This document shows positions 1 to 11,900 of a stretch of DNA of 64,000 bases, piece by piece. The notes under the pieces were generated by a model. It was not told the origin of the DNA, did no database searches, and was given only the letters and a program-made list of their open reading frames with translations. This DNA is from Raillietiella orientalis (Eukaryota), in contig JAYWIR010000002.1 in the NCBI GenBank assembly GCA_036172245.1, forward strand, positions 2,542,001 through 2,606,000. The letters run 5' to 3'. Made by a program: the position numbers and the translations under genes. Each line of letters begins with the position of its first letter. Within the stretch, counting starts at the first letter, position 1.

Positions 1-243
1 ATAATTATATGTATAGTATGGTTGGTTCCGGCCTAATAGAAATAGGCAACGAAAACTTTTAAAGGTTTCATATATTTGTTAAGGAAATATCAAAACGAAA
101 AATTAAAAATATCTACTCAAAATCTAAATCTGTTGCTAACAAATTCAAAGAATAGCTATGGAGAGCAAAATAAAAGCACACAAAAAATTCAAATATCATC
201 CGTGGAAACAACCTTACATCTTCAACATTTATACTCCGAAAAG

Positions 244-700
244 CTACTTTTCAAAATACTTTAGCAAATTAGATTGAACTCTTAGTGTTCTTCGAATTTC
301 ATACATCTGTGTGTAGAATGTCTTATTCGTGTGTAGGTGAATTCTCATGCTTCGATCGAGGTTAATATCCGTATCCTTGATTGTTTGCTTTACAAATTCT
401 ACAGCCTGGAAGATGTCTTGAAATTCTTTGGGGGCTAACTCCTTCACTTGCACCGTTATCACATTCTTTGGCGTTATTGTCGGCTTCTTCAAATGCTCTT
501 CGTTGATCTAAAAGCAGATCAGCAACCAATTCTTCCAAATGTGAATCGAGCAGTTCTTTCATTTTCTAATTCATCAAGTCCAGGTGTTCTTTTTATATTT
601 TCTATTTCTTCTATAACAGTTTTTTCCTCGAAATGACTATTACCTGTGCAGTGGCACAAAATGCGCTTTCATACTCCGCGCACTCTAGCGGACATGTTCT
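244..700 (-). mobile_element. Degenerate Tigger/pogo-type DNA transposon, transposase C-terminal region (frameshifted)
   Basis: Joining minus-strand frames gives GV*KRILCHC..FEEKTVIEEIENI..GLDELEN / ELLDSHLEEL..LLLDQRRAFEEADN / VQVKELAPKEFQDIFQAVEFVKQTIKDTDINLDRSM..YTQMYE..VQSNLLKYFEK*, which matches the typical Tigger/TIGD transposase tail. Stops and frameshifts are present; no TIR was identified. Confidence 0.7.
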
Positions 701-910
701 GTTGCACCTCTGAAATAATTTCTCCAGAGTTTAAAGAAGTAGCATATTTCCTGGAGTTTTAGCAATTGCTTGTTCAAATGTTTCTCTTATGTAAACTAGA
801 ACTCTGACGTCTAAAACTCAAGCGGGAACCCTGCAATCCTTGCTTCCCAAGCACTAGCCTACAGTAACTGAATTTTGGTTTGGATTCAACATGATCTGTA
901 TTCTTAAAAG

Positions 911-3760
911 AAAAAAATATGCACCATACGGAATTCGCACTATTCGTGTTCTGCCGAAATAGCTAGACAACTTACAAAGTGTCTTTATTAAATGCCTAAT
1001 CATCGTTATTCTACAAAAAAATAAATCCCAATCAAAGCGAAGGGTCACCTCGGAAAACCATGTCCCTGTTATTTGTGTGTGAATTTTACAAGTTTCCAGA
1101 CTCTACATGCATTAGAGTGACAAAGCATTCGAAGAGTTTAAGTGCCCATAAAGGATTAGCTTTGAACTTCGAAATGCGCAGCTTTCGTTTTGCTGGTAAG
1201 TGGATCAGGATTTTTTTTTGCTGCAGCTGCATACGTTTTCTGTGCACAAAGAATGCAAGGAACCCCGTAATATTTGCTTTTACAAGTTTCCTTAGCAAGA
1301 TCCGCAATCACTTAGGAGTCAACGATTTGAAGGGGTTGTAATAGATGCTTTGGTTATTTCGTGAGTGCAACTGAATCCACTGTCCTGAGGGTGTACAGAT
1401 TTCAGCATATACCGCTTGTTTTCACAGGCCGAAGGCTATTTCCCAAACTTTTCTACAGTATGAAAGTAAAGACTCTAAAAATCAAAGTACCAGTTAATTT
1501 CAATTGGGAAGTCCTTATCAAACGGAGAACTAGTCAGAACACTCACAGTTTACTTGTGTTTTTCTAATGCACCCGTGAAACAGAGCCAGTCTTTGCTAGC
1601 TACTAGGTAGCCCCAGGAACTCCTCCTGAAGCTCCTGGAACGCTTGGGATTCCCGGCCGTCTTCCTGGCCTACCTGCGCTCCTGCTGGTGCTTCACGATG
1701 ATAAACATCACTTTCAGAGGCCGGAACGTGTACGGCGTGCCGGTTCGGCGTGGCATCCGGCAGGGTGACAGCCTGAGACCCTTGCTCTTCAGCATCTACT
1801 TCGAGTTGGTGCTGAGGGAATACAGGGAGACTCTGGCAACCCTTCCGAGCTCGTGTCCGGGTACGCCTGTCGTGTCGGCCTATGCCGACGACCTTCTGCT
1901 CCTGCTCCCCGGGTCCACCCCGGCGTCGGCGCTCGAAGACTTCTTTGAGCTGCTGCGCCGCGGGACGGGCCTCGAGGTGAACAGAGAGAAATCAATGATT
2001 GTTCCAACGTCACCATTACTATCTTCAAATACGGCGCGGACCGGACGGTCGGACTGGATCCGCTTGGGGATCCCCACGGGCAGGTGCTTCAAGTACCTTG
2101 GCGTTCCGTTGGGGGACTTCTGCGTTGCAGAAGCCTGGTCCGACCGTCTTCAAAAGGTGGAGTTGGTGATCGGCCCGTTCCGGAACGGCAAGTTTTACTT
2201 GCAGGAACGGGCCGCGGTGTGGAACGCGTTCGCGGACCCCCTCCTTCGCCCCTTACATTTTGTTTCCCCCGCCCACCAATCATAAAGAGACGGGCCAAAA
2301 CCCTCTTAAGGACTGCCCTTTGGGACACAGCGAGGTCCCGAGTCCTCTTAAAAGACTTGTGCGCTCCACGCAGAGACGGTGGCTTGGGCCTCCTGACGAT
2401 GGAAAGCATGGAACGACAGCTCGACTTCAGGAAGCTTATGGATGGACAGCCCTTGCGGCGAACTTATGAATGACGCCTTGGTGCGAACCCGCACGACTCC
2501 TCGTCCGAAGGGCGACCGGCTGCGAAGGATTGTCTTCGATCTTCGTGGCATACCAGCGCAGCCTCAACAACTGTGGCTTTCATCTGCGCCAGATGGTCGC
2601 CCTGATGAGGAAGAACACCTGGATCTCCTGCCTCCCCGCGAACTGCACTGCCTAGCTTCAGGAGTCAGTTTCTGCGTGGACCAAGATCAACGGCTTGAGG
2701 GATGCAGAGTACAACTGCCTCCGTCGAGGCCCCAACGCTCGACAGCCCCTGCAGGAGATCATCAACAACCCGCGGAAGTTTCTGCGGGCTTCTTTCACCC
2801 CCCTTGCCCCCGTTCTGTCCTCCCTCAAGAACATTAGGCGCAGCAACGAGCTGCTCTCAGCACCTCCGGAGGAGGTGAAGTGGCACCCAGCGTGTTGGGA
2901 TAGCGGCACCCTTCCGTTGAAGTGGTAGGAGACGGCGTTGCTCTTTCTGCATTGGAGAATTTTAAGCAGACCACGCCTGTCTCACTGGACACTGGGGAAC
3001 CTGGATGCCCATTGCATCGAGCGCGGTGAAAGGGAAACCTTCCCGCATCTTACATTAGAGTGTGTCGCCCTGGTTGGACTTTGAAGTCGACTTTCCTCAA
3101 TCCTCCTTCTTCCAGTAGGCGACCCTAAGGTCATTTACCGACGCCTCTTTCTGCGTAGACGGCCTAGGCCTTGCTGAGTCTCTAGAAGTCCTCTGCTGCG
3201 TGTGTGGCATCGTGGAAAAGTGGAACGCTAGAAGAGGCCAAAGAAGCAGGGACGCCATTCACTGGACGACGATCTCTTTGGAGACCGCGACAAGGTGGCA
3301 CCTACCACCCAGCATCAAAACAGAACTTGTCAGCATCCTGGACAGGATGCAGAGGATCAATCCAGGCGCCCGGTGATCCCTTCCCTGCCCTCCTTCCCCA
3401 TAAAACTCTCGCCCTCCCCGTTATTTCTCTTTTTATTTCAGTTTCCCCTTCCACTGCGCCTCGGGAGAGGACCGCGCCGGCTCACGATAAGTCCTCAAGC
3501 GTGGTAGAACCAAATGTTCCTCCACGACAGACAATATTTATAGACTTTATTATCTGATTTTGTAAAAAATTAGAATAATAAATGCCCCGGCATATCTGGG
3601 TGATAAATACCAGGTAGTCTGCTGCTATGACTCATAGTCAACGGGTATTTTATCGTGGACTGTCTTCAGATCGTTTTTCATTCTTTTGAAGCTTTGTCCG
3701 AATCAAGATTGAACCTTATTTCATATCTGAATCCAAAAAGAATAATACCGATAGAGGCAA
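911..3760 (+). pseudogene. Highly diverged Artemis/SNM1 (DCLRE1-family MBL/beta-CASP) nuclease-like locus, interrupted by an L1-like insertion; probably a pseudogene
   Basis: Collinear peptides resembling Artemis/SNM1 motifs: HYSCSAEIARQLT (~938-977; cf. LYCSPVTKELL), IRVT..GLALNFE..RIFFCCSCIRF (1060-1341 ORF; cf. VT..PGSVMFLF..LYTGDFR), RFEGVVIDAL (cf. IQSVYLDTT), then after a 38-nt GT-AG intron (1361-1398) FQHIP..KIKVPVNFNWEVLIK (cf. FYQIP..WLNCKAAYGYEYLF). After the L1 comes KYQ|IVFHSFEALSESRLNLISYLNPKRIIP (intron 3614-3669; cf. [24 protein letters not shown]). Catalytic His/Asp motifs are not recognisable and frames do not join cleanly. By-eye similarity only. Confidence 0.45.
1606..3586 (+). 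mobile_element. 5'-truncated non-LTR retrotransposon, L1/Tx1-like ORF2 (RT, thumb, C-terminal zinc knuckle) plus 3' UTR; disrupted
   Basis: GC-rich island. RT motifs RGIRQGDSLRPLLF, AYADDLLL, GLEVNREKS, FKYLGVPL; L1-type PRRDGGLGL; C-terminal HCIERGERETFPHLTLEC knuckle (~3010-3063). Frameshifts and stops after 2280. The 3' UTR is homologous to 52840-53053 and ends at AATAAATGCC (3577-3586) with no poly(A). Confidence 0.9.
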
Positions 3761-4360
3761 ATAAATCCGAGAATGTTTACCGTCCTTGCCCACCAGGCAT
3801 TCTGATTGTAAGCCGGCGGAAAATTCCAGCGACTGAAAAGCTATTAAACTTTTTTGTTCAACAAGTACAATCTTTTAAGCGAAAAAGTTCATCTTATTCT
3901 AATTTATAACAAAAATGCTACTATTGATGCGATCGATGAAACAACTCCAAACGCAGAAATCAAGCCATAATCCTATCCCAGTTCCTAATTACCTAAGATC
4001 TCCACTCCCTGTGAGTTCATATCCGATTTCTTCATCAAAATCACGTTTATTCCAGACGGTAAGCTTCATTTGTCATTTGATTAACTCGTTTCTGTAGTTC
4101 CTAAGCACCAAAGTGTTAGGATACCCAACCGTCTGGGTATGGAACCAAAATTTGTGAAATTTCAGCATAGAAAGGTAATCTAAGTCCACGTAATACAATA
4201 TATAATCAACTACACAACTTGGGGAGATTTCATGTGTTCCAACATGTACAAATGGATTGGATCCTAATTTGGAAGGAAATCCGTCTCAAAGAGAGCCACG
4301 CTCTGCATTGGCTGATGCACATCACGGGTTGTCCATGTTTTGTCCACATTATACGTATAC

Positions 4361-4383
4361 ATATATATATATATATATATATA
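4361..4383. repeat. (AT)n microsatellite
   Basis: Directly visible AT dinucleotide run. Confidence 0.9.
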
Positions 4384-5924
4384 CATACACTGATTGACAC
4401 CACTTCATTAGCAAGTTATGTGAGCTGCCAATTTTCGTGATTTCTCTTTATGCTTCAGTTGAGTTCGTGCCCTGATCCCATCTCGCCTGAATTCACGCTG
4501 GAGCCGAAGCGCCCTTTTCGCAGACGTTGTGCGTAGGTCGTCGGACACGAGATGCAAGAGTGGCATTTCAAAGCACGAGGCACAGTCAGGAGAATCCTAA
4601 AAGCACGGCCTTCTTTCGACATCTTCGGAAAATGCATCCACACATTGACTGAATTCATTTTGGAGAAAAGCTACAGTGGTATCAATGACAAAGCAAATTC
4701 CAGAACGCGTTCCGTAAACGTTGCTAAGAACTTGTTCATTAAGCAGAGGGTATGAATTTTACTTCTGCTGCTGTATGAAGCCATTACTGCTCAGAAGAAA
4801 AGGGACGAATGCATGCACACACACAGATATCGCAAAAAAATGCTGATGGGATATTCGGATTTCGGAAACGCTGGGGGCGATACAATTGGAAAAAAAAAAA
4901 AAACTGCAGTAGTTTTGGAATGCTGGTCCAAAATTCCAGCTGATCCTAAAAAGTAAAGCACTACATTTCACGATAATCATCATACTATCAATGGAAATAA
5001 AGACAACAACAAAAAAAAATCAATAAAGTGGACAACGTGTGTTGGATTATGGGGGAGGGGGAAGCATTTACGAGCGATGTGATTCAAGGACTTTGCTTAT
5101 CTTAAGACATTTTTTTCCACATGCACTTTCTATGGATCTGTGCCGGAATTTATACAAATTCGTCTCGCCAGCCAGCTGCTTACTTAATTTGTGTTGGCGT
5201 GTGACCGGTTACACGTTGTTCCTCATGCTCTAAACTGCGGAGCTTCCATTTGTACGTTTTCCATGGAATATTGCTGATCAAGTATTTATTCCATTTAAGA
5301 TATAAATAATAATTGTTTTTGGCTTTGCAACGGGAATGTAGTGAAATCCTTGGGAACTAGTCGGGGGATTACGGTTGAAATACACGCTCGAGATTCGCCT
5401 CCGCTGCTACAAACTGAATTTCAAGTCCCAAAACCTCAATCACTGAAAGCAACGGTTCAGAAGAAACACTTTGGCAGTTAATTATCAGAAAACCCCTTTT
5501 TTTTTGTTTTCCAGATTAGCACCCGCTTGTTCGCCATACCCCGAAAAACTGGGATTGAAGTGAGAGTCCACCTTCAAAAATGAGAAACACCAAGCATTGC
5601 AAGAAACGAATCTTTACATCCATATTTTGTACATTCCAATGAAACTGTGTATTCAAATATCTGCGTGTACTCAAAATGGTTAAACAGTTTCCGTTCCAAC
5701 CGAATGCGACGCGGTGGTATTGCTGCTCGATGCGAATAACTCGAGAGAGAGGGAGAGAGAGTAACCCAACGACGTCGGCTTGCTTCTTCGGCACTGCCTG
5801 CTTTCCTGCACTCATGCTGCACTTTCCCTTTGCTTCACACACAAACCGTTCCTGGGCATTACGTCTGTGGCCGATCTGGATTCTCCGTCCTGGGAGAACC
5901 AGGAATGGGACCAGATGTGGTGGA

Positions 5925-8900
5925 CTACAGATCACAGTTTTTATCCTGCTTTTCAATGTGATCTTCATTCTCTTGAGAAAACCACGAGATCTTATCTTCT
6001 GACGTGACCAGTTCGACAATGGCTCTGAAAATGATTCACCACTTCAACTGATGGCAAACACAATGCATGCACTACTTAAGGATGTCAGTCTCGTCTGATT
6101 CCACGTCCCAATGTATTGCATTCGGATGTGATATTCTGTATTCCAGGAGATGATCCAATTTATGGCGCAATTTCTAGAAAATCAACAATTCAAGCCATCA
6201 CTACATCCAAATGATGAAATTACGTTTTGTATCACAAGACAACCCGATTTACCGAAGTAAATTGTTTGAAATACAAATAAAAGAACCCGACTGCGTTCGT
6301 TTTCAATGATTGACGTGTGTGTGTGTTCCAAGACATCGGACGCCGGATATTCCCGCAACATGAAAACTTAAAAGCACTGCTATTCGTTTCTAAAAATTTT
6401 CGGCAGGCTGTTCGGTTTGGTTACATCATGAGACTCGAGGCTGACGTGTGATTTCTTTGGAAAAAGTATGTTAACGTACATTCTATGTAATGTGATATTT
6501 TGATTCGTATGAACAAAGTTTAAAATCGCTTGCTAAATAAATAACTCGCCTATTAATAATTTTCACCTAAATAGCTCTCTTGTTAACTGGTCTTATCTAA
6601 ACTTTTGATTGAGATAAAAAAAATGTATGGACCTATCAAAAAGTCATACATTTGTAATATCTCGGATGTTCCTAATGGTTCGAAAAACGATCGCATTCAT
6701 TAATCTCATCACGCTACATTAGGAGAGATTTTATAATGTAATAGGATTTCTTTCACTTCCTAATAGGAATATATAATCCCGTGTGAAAACCATTCAGCAC
6801 GAAAAAAAGAGTCGCAATCTCCTGAATTTCAATATTTTAAGTAATAAAATATTAGCGAATGGCTGTGCATTAATAATAATAATAAAAAAAAAAATCTAAA
6901 CTAGACTCGGACACTTCTGAAACACTTATGAAGCAGAAAATTTGCAAGGCACAACCAAAAATAAAATGAAGCAGTCCAATGGTAACCACGTTTTCGTTTC
7001 ATTTCTTTCATTCCATCTCATTTCTTGCTTACATAACTTCCAACTTGAATTCTTTCTTATCGACCGTTAAGCGCGACGTAGTTCGCACATAAAACAGATA
7101 ATAATATTAATTAATGATGCCATACTCCAAAAAATAACAACTGCTAATATCGCAGCCATTTTTTGATAATAAATGAAAAAAAAAATCTGAAATAACAGAT
7201 GTCACAACAAATGTAAAACACTTACAGCAAACAGTTTTTTATAGGAACACATGAACAATAATTCTCTTTTTTGAAGAATTTTGACGTTAATAATTATTAT
7301 GATTCCTCACGCTGAATTCAAGAAATGAGATACGTCACAAATTTAAAGCTGTTTTTGAATTACAAATAAGTTCCATGATAAAGTGTTAAAATCCATACTT
7401 GAATTGATTCACCAAACTAATAAATTTTGATTGATTAACTGATTCTAATCAATGCAATTCACAGCAATATTACAAGGCGGAAATTATTTCAAGTTATTAA
7501 TTCCGGCGCAAGTTTATTACTACTGAAAAAACTCAACACCAAGTGAAGGCTACTTTATGGATCCGCAAATGCAATGGTAGAAGGCTGGGAAAACTATCCC
7601 TTGAGAATATAGGAAGGCTACTTTTCAACACAGCTGCAATTTCAATGCATCCAAATACTTCCTTCAATTGGATGTTATGATTACTCATTGTTTATTTTAT
7701 TCTTGCTTCTGTAATATTATTCATACTGCATATAAGTAACACTTACAATTTTCTTTACCATGAATATTTTAAACCTTCAAACGAATCAACTCCGAAAAAA
7801 AAATTGATGTGCACGTACATGTTATCAGTATCATAAAGAAATACACAAGTAAATTTTGGAAGATTAACATAGACACATATCAGAATCTAAATACCTGGAT
7901 TACAGCAGCAGAAGCATGGGAACACTTAAATCGAATGAACTTATCCACACAAAGCAGTTCCAAATTATGATGAGGTTCTAAAGAAGGGAATAACCCTTCT
8001 CCAAAAAATAACAACATATAAGGATACACCATGGTACAATCATATAAGTAAATCCTGCTTGATTTCATTTTGTTCTTAAAGACAATAAAATTGCTTTCAT
8101 ATTGACCTTCTCTGTAATTAACTGAACGAGGATGGATACAAACATTACGATCTTCTGCAGTTATTAATTTAGCCTCCTTTATCCTTTTGCCCATTACTGA
8201 AGCAGGTCTATTTTCAAACAACATAACAAGCAAGGGGGCATCAAAATGCTTACCTCACAACTCTAGCTACATTGGGATAAAGACCAGCACAGATCAGTGC
8301 TCGAATCAGTCCTTTGTTTTCAGCATTGATGTTGGCTTTAGGATCAAGATAATTGGAAGACTCAAGAAACCTCAAATTATACAAGTGAGTTGCCAGCTGA
8401 CCTTTCATATTTCTGAACAGATATAAAAAAACAAAACAAAATAAGCAGGATTGGTTAGGTTAGCTACTTCAGCATATGTAAGGTAGATGAGGAGAGGAAA
8501 TTATCCCAGCAGTAGCTCTTGCCATAGCCAGAACTTTCAGCAACTTCCCAGTCACGAAAGACATGGTATAACATTATATGATCTGATTTGCTGCCTGCAG
8601 CCAGATGACGTTTACGGCGATCTACAAATTCTTGCTTGTCCTGGATGACAATCAACACTATCAAAATGAAGTCAAGGTATTTTTTTTACCAAAGGAATTA
8701 CAAATGCATCTTTAAACGATAAAGATGCAGCAATTGTAAGAAGAGGATCCAGACAAGAGAAAATAGCACCCATAAGAATCATCTTGCCTGTTTGTGGATC
8801 CATGGGAAGATTTGCCAAATGGAATCCCAATGGAGTCAAATTTTCCTCTTCATCAATTGCATTGAGTTTGCGTAGCATCTAATAGAATACATAGATTTGA

Positions 8901-11900
8901 AAAATTCCAACAACTCAGATTACTTTGAGAGAATCCTTGATTGTCAATCGAGATGGAGGAGTAAGGACTCGTTCAAGAAAAGAATGCACTTTTCCTAATC
9001 GTAAAATTTTGATTTGTAAAGCCACTTCTTCAAGACGGGATCGCAATAATTCGGGAACCATATGGACATCTAAGAGCTGAGCACGTCCACGATGATACAA
9101 TCGGAAACAAATGCCAGCCTGAAGACGTCCAGCACGTCCCATTCGTTGTTTAGCATTGGCTTGACTGATCCATTCTGGTTGCAGAGTCATCAGTCCACTA
9201 GATGGGTCATAGTTTTTCATCTTCGTTTTTCCACAATCCACAACATAAATAATATCATTGATGGTGATGCTTGTTTCAGCTATGTTGGTAGAAAGGATGA
9301 TTTTCCACACGCCTTCAGGAGGTAAATCAAAAACTTGCTTCTGATTGATAGTGGGCATCATTGAATGAAGTGGAATGAGAAGATGCAGATCTGCTCAATG
9401 TTTCTAAGCGCCCTTAATAATTATGGTTAAATACCTCGTTTATAGAATGGATGATTAGTAAATAATTTATAGAAATTAGAGATATGTTCCCATCCTGGTA
9501 AAAAAACTAAAATAGCTCCAAGAGGCCTTTCACTACAAATATGCTGGATTAGACTAAGAATTAAATCCAGATTGATTTCTTCAACATTAGGATTCCACAG
9601 AGCTTCCACTACTTGACGGGAGTAGGTGCCATCCCTTTCCAGGCATCTAAATTTATGATAGAAAATGAAGTAGGGACTGCAACAAACCTGAAGAAACTCT
9701 CGAATGTTTGCAAGTATGCTTCTGCATGACGATATTGACCACGCAAAGCAGGATACTTTTTTTGCCATTTTTTCAAGGTATGTTCTGGAAAATGGAAGCT
9801 AAACCACTAAATGTTTCCTTTGTTTTCCCCAAAGTACCCAGTTAAGGATAAAACATCTTCCAGAAACAACTCCTGCACTGGAAACATACGCCCTTCTATA
9901 TGCATTATTGGACATTTGCCAAAATAATCACTAAATATGTTGGAATCCATAGTGGCACTCATCAAAATAAGCTTTAAATCTGGTCTCTACACTATTTTAC
10001 TACCTGTTACTTTTAATTTTCTTTTACCTTTTGTATCAAATCTTTAAAGTATGTGAGCAGCAAATCACTCTGGATGTCTCTCTCATGAATTTCATCAATG
10101 ATCACATGGGATACTTGAGCAAGCATAGAATCGTTTATTAAATTCTGCAAGAGGAGTCCAGCAGTACAATATGTGATGGAGCCCATTTCACGGGGTATTT
10201 TACTGCAATTCACAAAAATAAATAAAAGCTGTGCCTTCAAATTCCCCAACACATAGATTTAACACAACAAGCAAACTAGCTACAAAATACAATGAAGGTA
10301 TTCATCATTATGAACCAGAATTGATTAAACGGAATTACGGAACACTTTTCTATCTTTAAAAACGTTTAAATGTCCCCCCCCCCAAAAGTTTTTAATTAAG
10401 CACTTTACCTGAAAACTAATTAAAATGATTACGACAATACTACGTATGCCTTTTTTTTCCTTCTCGTCATGTGAAAAATCGTAAAATCGTAAATTTCGTA
10501 AAATCTGCTGAATAGAAAAAGTTCTTATTTTCAAGTTAGTGCACTGATAATAACATTCTGATGACCAGCATACATTCACAATGAAAATGTAATTCCCAAT
10601 ATGTTTATGGCTAAAGGTAAAAAACGAATTAACAACTCTACATAAAATCCCCGAAAATTTTTCCATGATGATGCCGAGCCTTTCTAAAGGTGTATACAAA
10701 ATAGCTCTCAGTTTCAGCAAAAAGATATACGGACTGTATCACTGAGTTCAAACATGAGTACTTAAAAGACGACGACAACAACAAAACATTTGCATTTCAT
10801 TTTGCTTTTCCTTTAAAGTAATCTATCAATGAAATACCATGGGATTTAAAAAAAGGAATATCTACGAATTTTTTTCTGTAAAAATAAGATGCAATCTAAA
10901 CAAAAGCAATCATCCGTCTCCTAAGCTTTTGTGTTTTCTATATTCGTGGCAACTATGAAGGTTTAACAGCAATTCTGTATCATTAAGTATTTTACTAGAA
11001 CCTAATCAAAAATGATTAGCAAAAACATGGTGATACAAGTATGAAAGTCATCATGTACTTATTACTCATCCACAGAAACAACATTAGTGTCAAATACAAT
11101 GCCAATAAAATCCTGCAATTAGTGAATCAATAAAAAGACAAGATTTTGCATGACTGCAGAATAATATCCTTAATGAAGGACCCAAAATAATTCATTGAAA
11201 AACATGCAACGTGATCAAGAAAACTGTCTCTTGACAGTTGATGCAGCAAAGAAAATGTTTGCCTTGGGCGGTGAAAATATTGCAACTAATGGGATGTGAT
11301 TCTTTTAGACAGGATGTAATATAGGATGTGATTCTTGAAAAATTTTGGATGCTATAAATTCAATATTTTTTGTAGAACTTCAATTCTTAACTTGAACATG
11401 CTACTCAAAATACCAGTCTTAACATCTCCGTAGGCTTACCAATGTGGTGAACACAAAATGAAATTCACCAAATGAAATTCAATAAAAATTGATGGAAATA
11501 CATTACAATCAATGAAAATATTTAGATACACGAATTTTTACATGATACATACAATGTACAGTTAGCTAATCTTTTGGAGAATACAAAAGGATTTTCAATT
11601 CCAAATATGGGCAATGAAAAATTTGAGATCAAATTACTTTTCTAAACGTATATGGTATCCAACCGAGATGCCACAAATTTCATCTCGTTCAGCTGCAACT
11701 CTTTCTGCAACTGCTATTGTACTTATTCTCCTTGGCTGTGTGCAGATGATTTTGCATAAAGATCCTTTCACTCCTGCTAAGTACTCATCCAAAATGAACT
11801 GGGGAACCTGGGTTGTTTTTCCAGATCCTGAACAGTTATCAAACTTACACACAACATATTGGTAAACAAATGTTCAGCACAACATTAAGCTTCCTGCTGA

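Noticed and set aside
1606-3507. GGTAG as the L1 target-site duplication
   Set aside because: Homology with the second copy shows the element continues to ~3586, so the second GGTAG is internal to the 3' UTR.
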